Shown here piece by piece: positions 16,556 through 27,098 of a DNA stretch of 64,000 bases. The stretch comes from Candidatus Bathyarchaeota archaeon (lineage in GTDB: Archaea; Thermoproteota; Bathyarchaeia; Bathyarchaeales; Bathycorpusculaceae): contig OY970280.1 in assembly GCA_963715865.1 (NCBI GenBank), positions 96,001 to 160,000 on the forward strand, in the 5' to 3' direction. The notes beneath the pieces are model-generated. The model ran no database searches, was not told where the DNA came from, and worked only from the letters and a program-made list of their open reading frames with translations. Made by a program: the position numbers and the translations under genes. The stretch's first letter is position 1; each line of letters starts with the position of its first letter.

Positions 16556-16624
16556 ATGATATTCGAAGAGGAAGATGAATGGGAAGAAGGCGAAGATGAA
16601 GAATGGGAAGAAGAAGAATGGTAA
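16556..16624 (+). CDS. 22-aa hyper-acidic Trp-containing micro-protein MIFEEEDEWEEGEDEEWEEEEW
   Basis: GGAGGTGA Shine-Dalgarno about 9 nt upstream of the ATG; below the ORF-track cutoff. Confidence 0.6.
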   Translation: MIFEEEDEWEEGEDEEWEEEEW

Positions 16625-16810
16625 ACAAACCCTAAATTAAAATTTTTATATCTTTCTTTTAAGTTAAATTTTCGCCTCAGCGAGTTTGAGGTTAATTTTT
16701 TGAAAAACCGATGAAAAGCCTACGCAACCTTTATTTCGTTATTTTTAAGTTATTTTTTTCTGGTTTAGATTTATAACTTACTTGTTAGCTTCATTATTGG
16801 ACGTTTAGCC

Positions 16811-18610
16811 ATGACACGAATCGCTGTACTTGACCAAGATAAATGCAAGGTTAAAAAATGCAACCAACTCTGCGTTAGCTTCTGCCCTATGGTTCGGAGC
16901 CGAGTGGAAGCTGTCAGAGTGGAAGGAAACAAAGCAGTCATATCAGAGATACTCTGCAGCGGCTGCGGCATCTGCGTCAAAAAATGTCCTTTCAAAGCCA
17001 TCAGCATCGTCAATTTGCCAGACGAATTAGAAAAGGATTGTAGCCACCGGTTCAGTACAAACAGCTTCAAACTTTTCCGTTTACCCATGCCTGCGCCGGG
17101 AACGGTGCTGGGTTTGCTTGGACAAAACGGCATCGGCAAAACCACTACGCTTAAGGTTTTTTCGGGCGACATCAAACCAAACCTTGGCAAGTACGATAAC
17201 CCGCCAGACTGGCCTGAGATTATCCAGTATTATCGGGGTTCAAGCCTTCAAGATTACTTCCAAAAGATGAGCGAGAAAAAACTCAAAGTCAGCAGCAAAC
17301 CGCAGTACGTGGATAAAATTCCCAAAGCAGTCACTGGAAAAGTCGGCGACCTACTAGAAAAAGTTGATGAAAGAAAACAACTATACCCTCTGGCTGAAGA
17401 GCTTGAACTCAAAAAAGTTTGGGATAGACCGTTGGAGGTTTTGAGCGGTGGAGAACTTCAGCGTGTGGCGGTTGCTGCAGCGCTTAGCCGTGAGGCAGAT
17501 GTTTACCTTTTTGACGAGCCGTCAAGCTACTTGGATGTGAAGCAGCGGCTTGTGGTTGCAAGAGCCATACGCAGCCTCAAGGAACTGCAAAAAACCATAA
17601 TTGTGGCGGAACATGACTTAGCCATCATCGATTACTTGTCCGACCAAATCTGCCTCTTCTACGGCGAACCAGGCGTCTACGGCGTCGTCTCACACGTACA
17701 TGGCGTCAGAACGGGCATTAACATTTACTTGCAAGGCTACATTCCCGACGAGAACATAATGTTCCGCAAGGAATCCATCGTTTTCCACGAGAAACCGCCA
17801 ACCGCAGGCACCAACCTAGGTGAACCATTGCTGAAATGGGACAGCATGAAGAAAACTTTCAAGGGCTTCAAACTTGCCATTGAACCAGGCGAAATACGGC
17901 GAAGCGAAATCGTTGGTATCCTTGGACCCAACGGTATCGGAAAAACTACTTTCGTAAAAATTCTTGCTGGGCTTGAGGAGACTGATGATAAGCAGAAGCT
18001 TGGCGAGTTAACCGTCAGCTACAAGCCCCAGTACATCGCAACTGACTACGCGGGAACGGTTCAAGAACTGCTCATGAGTGTTGCTAAAGAAAACTTTACA
18101 TCCAGCTGGTACAAAACCGAGATTGCCCAGCCACTGCGGCTTCAGGTATTGATGGACAGAAATGTGATGGAGCTCAGCGGTGGAGAACTTCAAAAAGTTG
18201 CCATAGCCGCCTGCCTAAGCCGCAAAGCCGACCTGTTCCTGCTTGACGAGCCAAGCGCATACTTAGACGTTGAGGAACGGTTAAACATAGCGAAAACACT
18301 GCGGCGGGTTGTTGAAGCGCACGGCATACCAGCCTTCGTAGTTGAACATGATGTGGTGACGCAGGACTTTATTGCTGACCGATTAATGGTTTTCAACGGC
18401 GAACCGGGCGTGAGCGGCTTAGCTAATCCGCCTACAAGCCTAAGGAAAGGCATGAACACATTCCTCAAAGAAATGAACATCACGTTCCGCAGAGACTCAA
18501 TCACCATGCGCCCCCGAGTAAACAAGGAAGGCTCACAAATGGACATGTTCCAAAAAGGAATCGGCGAATACTACTACACCAAAGCGAAACCAGAAACAGC
18601 CAAAAAGTAA
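16811..18610 (+). CDS. rli1: ABCE1/RLI ribosome-recycling ATPase
   Basis: N-terminal Fe-S cysteines (CKVKKC...CP...CSGCGICVKKCP), two NBDs GQNGIGKTT / GPNGIGKTT, LSGGELQ. Confidence 0.97.
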   Translation: MTRIAVLDQDKCKVKKCNQLCVSFCPMVRSRVEAVRVEGNKAVISEILCSGCGICVKKCPFKAISIVNLPDELEKDCSHRFSTNSFKLFRLPMPAPGTVLGLLGQNGIGKTTTLKVFSGDIKPNLGKYDNPPDWPEIIQYYRGSSLQDYFQKMSEKKLKVSSKPQYVDKIPKAVTGKVGDLLEKVDERKQLYPLAEELELKKVWDRPLEVLSGGELQRVAVAAALSREADVYLFDEPSSYLDVKQRLVVARAIRSLKELQKTIIVAEHDLAIIDYLSDQICLFYGEPGVYGVVSHVHGVRTGINIYLQGYIPDENIMFRKESIVFHEKPPTAGTNLGEPLLKWDSMKKTFKGFKLAIEPGEIRRSEIVGILGPNGIGKTTFVKILAGLEETDDKQKLGELTVSYKPQYIATDYAGTVQELLMSVAKENFTSSWYKTEIAQPLRLQVLMDRNVMELSGGELQKVAIAACLSRKADLFLLDEPSAYLDVEERLNIAKTLRRVVEAHGIPAFVVEHDVVTQDFIADRLMVFNGEPGVSGLANPPTSLRKGMNTFLKEMNITFRRDSITMRPRVNKEGSQMDMFQKGIGEYYYTKAKPETAKK

Positions 18611-18810
18611 TTAATGCTTATTTCACATACTTGGACTCCAATCTCTGGCTATTTATACATGTTTATGGCAAAAGTAACCATTTCTCAAGCTACAGCCCTT
18701 TCCAGAATCAAGGGTTTTCTCCGCAAGGTGCAGTTAACTTAAAGAACAAGCAGCAAATATACTAAGCAATCTGCAAGAAATAAAACAAGGACAAGTGGTG
18801 TAAGCGGGAA

Positions 18811-20436
18811 GTGGCTCAAGCAACCTTTGAAGAGATTAGCGCTTCTGATTTTTTCTATAGGAACAGAGATATCGCAGGCTTCACCAACCCGTCCAGAGCG
18901 ATATTTGCTGCAATCCGTGAGTTAGTGGAGAACTCGTTGGATGCTGCTGAAAGCCAAAAAATTCCGCCAGAAATTTACATACGCTTATCATTCGAGGGAG
19001 AAGCCACCAAAGACACACAAATCTACAAGCTCCGCGTAGAAGACAACGGCAGTGGAATTCAGCCTCGGTTTATTCCCTCAGCTTTTGGGCAAGTGCTCTA
19101 CGGCAGCAAATACAAGCTGAAACAGATGCGCGGCACCTTCGGTTTAGGCGGAAAAATGGCTGTCCTTTACGGGCAAATTACAACGCATCAGCCAGCCTAC
19201 GTGACCTCGTGCACGGGGCAAGCGAAAATTTACAGTTTCAAATTAATGATGGACATCCAAAGAAACCGCCCAATAATTCTCGACCGCAAAGTCCTAATCA
19301 ACAAGGATAATTGGCGCGGAACCATAGTCGAATTCGCATTAGAAGGCGACTATCTTAGGGCAATGCCGAAAATTCTTGATTACTTCAAGCAAACCGCCAT
19401 GGTGAACCCGTATGCGAATTTGACGTTTGTTGACCCTAAAGGCAGACTGTACAAGTTTACCCGCGCCACCACAGAAATGCCTGAGCCGCCAAAAGAAACG
19501 CTGCCACATCCATACGGCGTAGACGTGGAACTGTTGCAACGTCTTATCCAAATTACACATTACAATAACATGTCAGATTTTTTGAAAGGTCACTTTCACC
19601 GTGTCGGTGACATAACAGCTGTCAAATTTTTGATTTTTTCTAACTTAATTTCATTTTCGTGCAATGAGCATGGTAAACTTGCATATGACCAAATAAAGTG
19701 GATTGAGAACCGACCCATTTGCCCTCAATGTGAGAAGGAAGCACAATCAAGTTCCAAGAATCCAAAACGGTTGTCTCACGAGGAAATTGTACGGTTAATG
19801 CAGAATCTTAAGAAGTACAAAGATTTCTTGCCGCCAGACGCCAGTTGCCTTTCACCTTTAGGCGAAGAACTGCTTAAAGCAGGTGTTACGAAGGAGTTAA
19901 ATCCCGAGTACCTTGTAGTTCACCAGCGTAAACCATCCACCTATGCGGGCCACCCATTCATCATTGAAATGGCAATCGCGTATGGCGGTGGAGTGCCCAA
20001 GCGTGGGTGCTTTGTGATTTACCGTTTCGCTAACAAAATCCCCCTATTGTATGATGAGGCAAGCGACGTTTCTTACCGAGTAATCTCCGCAATGAACTGG
20101 CGACGCTACAAGGTTGCACCTGATATGCCCATCGCCATTGTAGTGCATATTTGCAGCACGAAAGTGCCCTACAAGACGGTTGGAAAAGAATTCATCGCTG
20201 ACCGCCCCGAAGTACGCCGTGAAGTGGCAAATGCACTACGTGAAGTCGCCCGTCAATTGCAGCATTTCCTATCGCGTCAGGAGCACGTGCATATGGAGAA
20301 GAAGCGACTGGGAATTTTCAGCAAGTACCTGCCCAAAATCGCCCAGTTCTCAACTACGTTGGCTGGGCAAGAACGTGTTCCAGATATTGATAAGTTATTG
20401 AAGAGTGTGCAGAAGTATGGCGCAGAAGAAAGTTAA
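18811..20436 (+). CDS. top6B: DNA topoisomerase VI subunit B
   Basis: RELVENSLDA, EDNGSGI, GTFGLG GHKL motifs; RFANKIPL; STKVPYK. Confidence 0.97.
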   Translation: MAQATFEEISASDFFYRNRDIAGFTNPSRAIFAAIRELVENSLDAAESQKIPPEIYIRLSFEGEATKDTQIYKLRVEDNGSGIQPRFIPSAFGQVLYGSKYKLKQMRGTFGLGGKMAVLYGQITTHQPAYVTSCTGQAKIYSFKLMMDIQRNRPIILDRKVLINKDNWRGTIVEFALEGDYLRAMPKILDYFKQTAMVNPYANLTFVDPKGRLYKFTRATTEMPEPPKETLPHPYGVDVELLQRLIQITHYNNMSDFLKGHFHRVGDITAVKFLIFSNLISFSCNEHGKLAYDQIKWIENRPICPQCEKEAQSSSKNPKRLSHEEIVRLMQNLKKYKDFLPPDASCLSPLGEELLKAGVTKELNPEYLVVHQRKPSTYAGHPFIIEMAIAYGGGVPKRGCFVIYRFANKIPLLYDEASDVSYRVISAMNWRRYKVAPDMPIAIVVHICSTKVPYKTVGKEFIADRPEVRREVANALREVARQLQHFLSRQEHVHMEKKRLGIFSKYLPKIAQFSTTLAGQERVPDIDKLLKSVQKYGAEES

Positions 20437-21505
20437 GATAGTTGAGAAAAGAAACGAGGTCATCAATGGGCTAAGAGCGTTTGGCACTAACATTTACAAT
20501 CAGCTAGACCAAGGCATCTTCCCAACCATTAATATGCCAAGCCGCTCCACTGAGAACATTAACTATGACCCAACACTTCGCCAGTACATTCTTGGGGAGA
20601 AAAGCGTTAGCCGCAGTGCCCGCAACATCCGCCACATTAAACCGTTCACGCAGTTGGCTTGGGCAGCAATGTTTAGCAACGAGCTCACGAGCCAACGCAA
20701 AACCAGCACGCTCAGGGATGTTTATTACTCGGCGCAAGCATACGAGATGACTTTCACAGACCAGCAGGAAAGCAACAACATCATCACCGACTTGGAGACG
20801 CTGACGGGTTTCGCGCGTGAGGATTTCAACATTTTCCCTGAAGAGCGCAGTGCCATTTTTGGCGACTTAACCATCGGCTACACCGTTCCCGGCTATGAAG
20901 GTAAAACGTTGAATTTAACCAGCCACCCGGACGGCGTGTTGATTGGTCCAGCGTTGACTTCAGCCGAGTTCATTAACACGAAAGCCGACAAAGTCATCGC
21001 TATAGAGAAAGGCGCCTTGTTTACAAGATTCATCGAAGAAAACGTGCATAACAAGCATAAGTCGCTTTTGATTTCGTGCGGTGGGCAGGCGCCAAGGCAG
21101 ACTCGCAGTTTCATTCGCCGCTTGCATGACGAGTTGGGTTTGCCAGTGTATATTTTGACTGATGGCGACCCGTGGGGAATGCATATTGCACAGGTTATTA
21201 TTTCTGGTTCGGCGAATGCGGCGCATTTGCGCGACTTAAATACGCCTGACGCTGTGTGGAGCGGAGTTTGGGCAAGCGACATCATTGAATATAAGTTGCC
21301 TACTGATCCGTTGGATGAAATGGACATTAAACGTCTATACGAGTTGCAGAAGGACCCAAGGTACCAGAATGATCCATTGTGGCAACGGGAAATCAAGCTA
21401 TTCCTAAAAATCAGGCGTAAGGCGGAGCAAGAGGCTTTCAGCCGTTATGGCTTAACGTATATCGTTGATGAGTATTTGCCCACTAAGCTAAAAGATACTA
21501 AATAG
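20417..21505 (+). CDS. top6A: DNA topoisomerase VI subunit A
   Basis: STLRDVYY, IAIEKGALF, GQAP, TDGDPWG; start re-called to MAQKK. Confidence 0.97.
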   Translation: MAQKKVKIVEKRNEVINGLRAFGTNIYNQLDQGIFPTINMPSRSTENINYDPTLRQYILGEKSVSRSARNIRHIKPFTQLAWAAMFSNELTSQRKTSTLRDVYYSAQAYEMTFTDQQESNNIITDLETLTGFAREDFNIFPEERSAIFGDLTIGYTVPGYEGKTLNLTSHPDGVLIGPALTSAEFINTKADKVIAIEKGALFTRFIEENVHNKHKSLLISCGGQAPRQTRSFIRRLHDELGLPVYILTDGDPWGMHIAQVIISGSANAAHLRDLNTPDAVWSGVWASDIIEYKLPTDPLDEMDIKRLYELQKDPRYQNDPLWQREIKLFLKIRRKAEQEAFSRYGLTYIVDEYLPTKLKDTK

Positions 21506-21556
21506 CAAGAAATCAGTGAAAGTTAATAAAATTCTGACACTAATTATGTTTTCAAG

Positions 21557-21781
21557 GTGCTTATGTTGCGGGTCGGTGTTACGATACATAGAGAAGGCGA
21601 CTGGTATGTTGCAGTGGACACGGTGACTGGTGTGGCAAGCCAAGGCAAGAGCTGCGATGAAGCATTGAAGAATTTTCAGGAAGCATTTGAGCTTTGGTTC
21701 GAGAACGCGGAAGATTGGGAGAAAGAACGGGCATTAAAAGGCGAACCGGTTGCCACTATGGTTTTGGAAATGGAAGTTTAA
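21557..21781 (+). CDS. Orphan HicB-family antitoxin
   Basis: IHREGDWYVAVDTVTGVASQGKSCDEALKNFQEAFEL; no hicA adjacent. Confidence 0.8.
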   Translation: MLMLRVGVTIHREGDWYVAVDTVTGVASQGKSCDEALKNFQEAFELWFENAEDWEKERALKGEPVATMVLEMEV

Positions 21782-21928
21782 CTTTTTTCTGCTAAATTAA
21801 CGAATTTTTCAACTGTAATTCCCGCTTGAAATAAGATGCCGAGAAACTAGAAAATTCGTCCGAAAAAGAAAAGGTAAAGAAGTGATAGGCAAGTCGCTTT
21901 TTATTGTTTTTTGCGTTTCTTGTTGCGT

Positions 21929-22372
21929 TTACATCATTGGTGCTGCAACGGTTTCGGTTGCCATTGGTTTTTCTTGGTAAATTTTCATGGTTGCCTCGTT
22001 GTTTTTCTGATCCGTCATGCCTTCAACCCAGCCTTTAGTGTTGTTTAGCCAGGTGAGCCTTGGCGAGTTTGTCATGTATGTGACTTCACCTTTGAAGCTG
22101 CCGGTCATTGCGGTTTCTTGTTTTCCTGAGCCTTTGCCACTTATCATTATCACGTCACCTTCTTTGGTCATTTCCATTGCGCGGACTTCCCACTCGTTTG
22201 TGCCATCCATCTTCAGCTTGACATCGGCAGTTTCAATGTGGTTAGCATGGTATCTTCCTTTAACTTCTCCAATTGAATTGTACTGTATCATTGCCCCGTC
22301 CGCAGCGAATTCTTTTATGATTACCGCGTTTGTTTTCTCTTTTATTTCACCTAACAGGTCTCTTTTTTCCAT
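21929..22372 (-). CDS. Hypothetical beta-barrel protein (DUF3237-like C-terminal motif)
   Basis: All-beta pattern, MTNSPRLTWLNNTKGWVEG. Confidence 0.55.
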   Translation of the reverse strand: MEKRDLLGEIKEKTNAVIIKEFAADGAMIQYNSIGEVKGRYHANHIETADVKLKMDGTNEWEVRAMEMTKEGDVIMISGKGSGKQETAMTGSFKGEVTYMTNSPRLTWLNNTKGWVEGMTDQKNNEATMKIYQEKPMATETVAAPMM

Positions 22373-22630
22373 TTAAAACACCAATTACCAAAACTATGGA
22401 AACCATTTATCTCTATGTGATTGTGTGGCAACACGAACATATCTTTGGCGGGAAACAGAACCTTGCGGGTGAATGGTCAGGGAGGTAGTTGCGTTTTATT
22501 TTTGGAACTATTGTTAACAACCAGCCACAACCAACCCAAAACCAAAAACCACCACAAACAACAAATAATTTAAAATAACCCCTCATGTTTAATGTAGCCA
22601 TTAACACGGAGAAACAGGGCGAAAACAACA

Positions 22631-22834
22631 ATGAGCGAAGAAGGCGACACATTCTGGGTATCCCTTGCCGAGAAATTCTTCGGAATAATCCTCATAATAA
22701 TCGGCGCAATAATGCTCTACTTCACAGCTACAAGCACCAGTGTGCTCGGCGGATTCAGTTTATTTTTCGGCATTCTAAGCTTAATCATGCTCATCATCGG
22801 CCTCTTTCTGCTTGTGGTTAGACCGCCAGAATAA
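22631..22834 (+). CDS. Small two-TM membrane protein
   Basis: Two hydrophobic helices, 67 aa. Confidence 0.6.
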   Translation: MSEEGDTFWVSLAEKFFGIILIIIGAIMLYFTATSTSVLGGFSLFFGILSLIMLIIGLFLLVVRPPE

Positions 22835-23000
22835 CGCTTTTTTCCTTTTCTCAGCCATCCATGCGGCAATCAGTAGCCAAACCTCAAGCCGCTAATAGAG
22901 GAGCCAAAACCAGGCCAACAATAAAAACGCTCCACCAGCATTTATAAACCAAAAAACCATTACACACACATAGACAACTTATAATGGAAGCGAACCATAC

Positions 23001-24788
23001 ATGCCCACACGCCAACCTATAGTATGTGTTTTAGGCCATGTTGACACAGGCAAAACCTCGCTCCTTGACAAACTACGAAAAACCAGCGTGCAAGCACGCG
23101 AAGCAGGAGGAATGACCCAACACATCGGCGCAAGCTTCTTCCCCGTCGAAACGCTCAAACAACTCATCGGGCCATACCTGACCACCTTTAAAACCGGGAT
23201 AGAAATCCCTGGCTTACTAATCGTGGACACACCGGGGCACGAAGCATTCACGAACCTTAGACGCAGAGGCGGAAGCGTCGCCGACATAGCCATACTCGTC
23301 GTAGACATTCTGAAAGGTTTTGAAGCTCAAACCTTCGAATGCCTCGAAATCCTAAAAGCACGCAAAACCCCCTTTATCGTTGCAGTTAATAAAATTGATC
23401 GAGTTCCCGGCTGGAATCCTCAGCAATCCACGCCTTTTTTGAAGTCTTACGCTTCCCAGTCGAGTTTTGTGCGTGAGGATTTGGATAATCGTTTGTACCA
23501 GGTTATGGGCGAGTTTTCTCGTTTAGGTTTTAAGACTGACCGTTTTGACCATATCCGTGATTTCACGGTTAACGTGGCTTTGGTGCCGACTAGTGCCAAA
23601 ACTGGCGAAGGCCTGGCAGAGTTGATGATGGTTCTTGTCGGCTTGTCTCAGCAGTTTCTTAAGAAGCGGTTGCAAACGACCGAGGGTGCGGCTAAGGGTG
23701 CGGTGCTGGAGGTTAAGGAGGAGCCTGGTTTAGGTTTGACTTTGAACACGATTGTTTACGATGGGACTTTGCATTGTGATGATTTGATTGTAGTTGGCGG
23801 TCGGGAGGGTCCGATTACGACGCGTGTTCGTGCAATTTTGGTGCCTAAGCCGTTGGATGAGATGAGGGATCCGCGGGACAAGTTTTCTTCTGTTGATTGT
23901 GTTTATGCTTCGGCTGGTGTTAAGGTTGTTGCGCCAGGTTTGGAGGGTGCGTTGGCTGGGGCGCCACTGTTTGCTGTGCCATCAGGTGAGGCGCCTGCGA
24001 AGTATGCTAAGCTTATCACTGAAGAAATCGGCAGGATACGAATCGCGATTGAGGTTGATGGTGTTATTGTTAAGGCTGATACGTTGGGTTCGCTTGAGGC
24101 GATGGCGGAGATTTTGAAGGCAAATAATGTGCAAGTGCGTATTGCCGATGTTGGCGATATTAGTAAACGCGATGTAATTGAGGCGTCTGTGGTGAAGTCG
24201 CGTGAACCGCTGGTTGGCGCTATCTTGGCGTTCGGCGTTAAAACGTTGCCCGATGCACAGGAGGAAGCTGCGGCTAACAATATCCCAATCTTTAAAGAAC
24301 CAATTATTTACAACCTGATTGACGCGTATTTGGAGTGGGCTAAAAATAAGCGTGAAGCGAAAAGCGAGCAGGAGTTTGAAGCTTTGGTTAAGCCTGGGAA
24401 AGTTATGGTTTTGCCTGGTTGTATTTTCCGTCGTGCAAAGCCGTCGATTTTTGGCGTGGAAGTGTTAGGCGGCCGCTTGCGTCCAAAGTATGGGCTTATG
24501 CGAGCTGAGGACGGCAGCGATTTAGGTGAAGTTGACCAGATTCAGGATCAGGGCAAAGCTGTGCCTGAGGCTAAGCAGGGAATGCAGGTGGCAATTTCGA
24601 TGGATAAGCCGATTGCGGGCAGGCACGTGTTTGAGAAAGATGTTTTGTTTGTGAAGGTTCCTGAGGCTGATGCAAAAGCGTTGTTGACGGCGCATTCGGA
24701 TGACTTAACGGCTGAAGAGCAAGAAGTGCTAAAAGAGTACATTGCGTTTATGCGTAAGAAGGTTCCTTTTTGGGCTGGTACGGTTTAG
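23001..24788 (+). CDS. infB: Translation initiation factor IF-2 / aIF5B
   Basis: [31 protein letters not shown]. Confidence 0.97.
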   Translation: MPTRQPIVCVLGHVDTGKTSLLDKLRKTSVQAREAGGMTQHIGASFFPVETLKQLIGPYLTTFKTGIEIPGLLIVDTPGHEAFTNLRRRGGSVADIAILVVDILKGFEAQTFECLEILKARKTPFIVAVNKIDRVPGWNPQQSTPFLKSYASQSSFVREDLDNRLYQVMGEFSRLGFKTDRFDHIRDFTVNVALVPTSAKTGEGLAELMMVLVGLSQQFLKKRLQTTEGAAKGAVLEVKEEPGLGLTLNTIVYDGTLHCDDLIVVGGREGPITTRVRAILVPKPLDEMRDPRDKFSSVDCVYASAGVKVVAPGLEGALAGAPLFAVPSGEAPAKYAKLITEEIGRIRIAIEVDGVIVKADTLGSLEAMAEILKANNVQVRIADVGDISKRDVIEASVVKSREPLVGAILAFGVKTLPDAQEEAAANNIPIFKEPIIYNLIDAYLEWAKNKREAKSEQEFEALVKPGKVMVLPGCIFRRAKPSIFGVEVLGGRLRPKYGLMRAEDGSDLGEVDQIQDQGKAVPEAKQGMQVAISMDKPIAGRHVFEKDVLFVKVPEADAKALLTAHSDDLTAEEQEVLKEYIAFMRKKVPFWAGTV

Positions 24789-25378
24789 GCTTCATGCTTT
24801 TCTGTGAAGCATAGGGTTAGCATGCCGTCGATGCAGAAAGGCGATAATTTACCTTCGGTGTCTTGTCTTATGCATAGTTGTTTCATGTCACACTTTGGAC
24901 AGATGGCGCTGCTTAATTGGGCGGCGTTGGTTTCTAAGAGGTTGTTTTCTTTTAGGGTTTCGTAGGCGAATTTTAAGTATTTGCCTTCGGCAATGCGTGG
25001 CACGCCATATTTTGCTGCTTCCACACCTGCTTGGACGGCGAAGTGCTCGTATAGTCTTCTTGAGCCTTTTTTGGAGTTGCAGCTTTTGCATATCCAGACG
25101 AGGTTTTTCTCGGTGTTTGGTCCATTGTATTTTTGTGGTAGCAGATGCTCGAGTGTTAGGTTTGTGGTTGCTCCGCAGAATATGCATTCGTTTGAATATT
25201 CCCTTTCTTTGATGTATTCTCTGATTTCGTTCCATGAAATGCTGCCTTGCTTGAGTTGCTTGAACTTGTTCATTACAAAACCATAATCCTTTTTCCCGAT
25301 ACCTGCAGAGTCAGCAATGATTTTTGCGTACTGCCAATAAATTAGGTCTTTGATGCTTTTGACTACTGCTGGAGGCAC
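24785..25378 (-). CDS. HNH (McrA-like) endonuclease
   Basis: CIFCG...LTLEHLLP...NLVWICKSCNSKKG plus a C-terminal Cys cluster. Confidence 0.85.
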   Translation of the reverse strand: MPPAVVKSIKDLIYWQYAKIIADSAGIGKKDYGFVMNKFKQLKQGSISWNEIREYIKEREYSNECIFCGATTNLTLEHLLPQKYNGPNTEKNLVWICKSCNSKKGSRRLYEHFAVQAGVEAAKYGVPRIAEGKYLKFAYETLKENNLLETNAAQLSSAICPKCDMKQLCIRQDTEGKLSPFCIDGMLTLCFTEKHEA

Positions 25379-25534
25379 AATGCTTGCTCCTTAACGACAA
25401 GATAGCTTCTTTATTGTAGTTCTTTTCTTTTTAGCGTTTGCCATTACCTGGTTTAAACCATTTTTAGGCGATTTTAATTTTTTCTTGTCACTTATCGCTT
25501 AAGCCTCAGAGAAAACTTAAAAAATTTATGAAAT

Positions 25535-26149
25535 TTATACTCTTTTAGGTATTACAAAAACCTTAGTTTCGAAACCATTGATTATATCACTTAAATCTTT
25601 TTCAAATCCTGTTATATTCTTGATTTTTTCGGCTGGATCGTAAACTAGGCAATATAGCTTTTTGCAATCTGGGTGACCCTTGTAGTACGATTTATCAATT
25701 ATTATTTGTTCACGTACTTGTTTTTGCCCTAGCCCTTGGCGTGTCATTTTAGTTTCTATTGAAATTTTTTCATTTTTAAGTAGCGTGTCCATTCTTGGAG
25801 ATGCCCCAGCGTAACTAGGGCACCATTCTTCCATCCTGACATCGTCAAACCTTGTTTTTAACAAAGCTCGAAGAAGATCTTGAACATCATACTCATCCTT
25901 TATTTCCAGTGATCCACGTTGATCATATCGGTCCTTTAACTCTAAAGCTACCAAATGGAACCGTTCAAATAAACTCTGAACTATCTTATCAGGCACCTCA
26001 GCCTGCTCAGAAACTGTTAAGTTAAGTATTTTATCTGCTTCATTCTTGAACCTAGACGCCCGAACTAGTACGTCTTTAATTTGGTTTTCAATCTCGGGTG
26101 AGAAGGTTGTCTCGAAGTGCTTTGAAGATGTTCTCATAAACCTTTGCAT
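25535..26149 (-). CDS. PD-(D/E)xK restriction endonuclease-like protein (DpnII/MboI-like C-terminal REase domain); start uncertain
   Basis: LFERFHLVAL...IKDEYDVQDLLRALL...EEW.PSYAG.SPRMD.LL...IETKMTR...LYCLVYDP. Confidence 0.8.
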   Translation of the reverse strand: MQRFMRTSSKHFETTFSPEIENQIKDVLVRASRFKNEADKILNLTVSEQAEVPDKIVQSLFERFHLVALELKDRYDQRGSLEIKDEYDVQDLLRALLKTRFDDVRMEEWCPSYAGASPRMDTLLKNEKISIETKMTRQGLGQKQVREQIIIDKSYYKGHPDCKKLYCLVYDPAEKIKNITGFEKDLSDIINGFETKVFVIPKRV

Positions 26150-26690
26150 CTTCGGTTGCTGGAAGAGCGAGCTGAATATTTAAATTAATTACTACGCCAG
26201 GAGACGAATATGTCTGTTTATGCTGTTCGGGAATACCCTTTGGCTCCTCAGTTTTTTCGGTTTGAACTGCGGACGCCTTGAAGTCAGCAAAACCACACAA
26301 AATCTTGAGTGTATTTGCGGTTGCTGTCACAACCTGTTCCCCTCCTTCAGTTGTCGGACCAAAAAAGTCTTTTAGGGATTGGTCATCTTTGTCACAAGCA
26401 TCTGGATAAAGTTCAAACAGCTCACTATATGCTTTTTTTAAGGCACTAGCCATTATAGGTCCTGCCTTCTTAGAATCCCGAAAGTCTTTGTACTCTTGAT
26501 TAGGTGCTCCGCTTGCATCAATAAAACCAATAAATTGAAGAATTCCAACAATGGGTCTATCGTTGCTGCTTTTAAACCCTAAGGAGGGAAGCGTATTAGT
26601 GTTAATTTTTTGAGGTACGCCCATCTTTGGTATCTTCGCGATAAAATCCTTTAAACTTCCCGTATTCATTATGTATGGATATTTGCCCAA
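26088..26690 (-). CDS. DUF5343-like protein
   Basis: YPYIMNTGSLKDFI.KI...VPQKI...LGFKSSNDR.I..ILQFIGFID..GAP; C-terminus INLNIQLALP...VYENIFKAL. Confidence 0.75.
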   Translation of the reverse strand: MGKYPYIMNTGSLKDFIAKIPKMGVPQKINTNTLPSLGFKSSNDRPIVGILQFIGFIDASGAPNQEYKDFRDSKKAGPIMASALKKAYSELFELYPDACDKDDQSLKDFFGPTTEGGEQVVTATANTLKILCGFADFKASAVQTEKTEEPKGIPEQHKQTYSSPGVVINLNIQLALPATEDAKVYENIFKALRDNLLTRD

Positions 26691-26804
26691 TTTAAGCGCC
26701 TCTTTTACTTCTGATAAGCTGAGAATATTAGTTTTGCGGTTTTACGGTTAATTCACAGGCGTTTTTTGGCTAAATACCCAAATGAAGATATCTGAGACAC
26801 TTTT

Positions 26805-27098
26805 TTAGCCACCGCCTACTGGTGGCAAAATAGCCAACACATCGCCGTCCTTAAGCTCTGTTTCTAACCCGTTTAGTGTTGATGTGCTGGTTCCGTTGAC
26901 GAGGAATTGGAGGAAATTTTTGGGTTGTTCTGTTTTGCCGTTGTAGACATATTCCGTGAAGGGTTCTCCGTATTTTTGAGCCAGCGTTTTAAGAACCAAG
27001 TCAACAGTAACCTTCTCACCCTCGGAGAACGTTAGGGTTTCTTCTCTTTTATTTACGATTTCTCTAAGATTGGTGAAGAAGCGAACTTTAACTTCCAC
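26805..27098 (-). CDS. MoaD/ThiS-family ubiquitin-like protein (SAMP)
   Basis: VKVRFFTNLREIV...LVNG...LKDGDVLAILPPVGGG. Confidence 0.92.
   Translation of the reverse strand: MEVKVRFFTNLREIVNKREETLTFSEGEKVTVDLVLKTLAQKYGEPFTEYVYNGKTEQPKNFLQFLVNGTSTSTLNGLETELKDGDVLAILPPVGGG

Noticed and set aside
26805-27098. SAMP as part of a ubiquitin-like (Bil or CBASS-type) defence system with the REase cassette
   Set aside because: No E1, E2, JAB or cyclase gene is adjacent; a housekeeping MoaD/SAMP role is sufficient.
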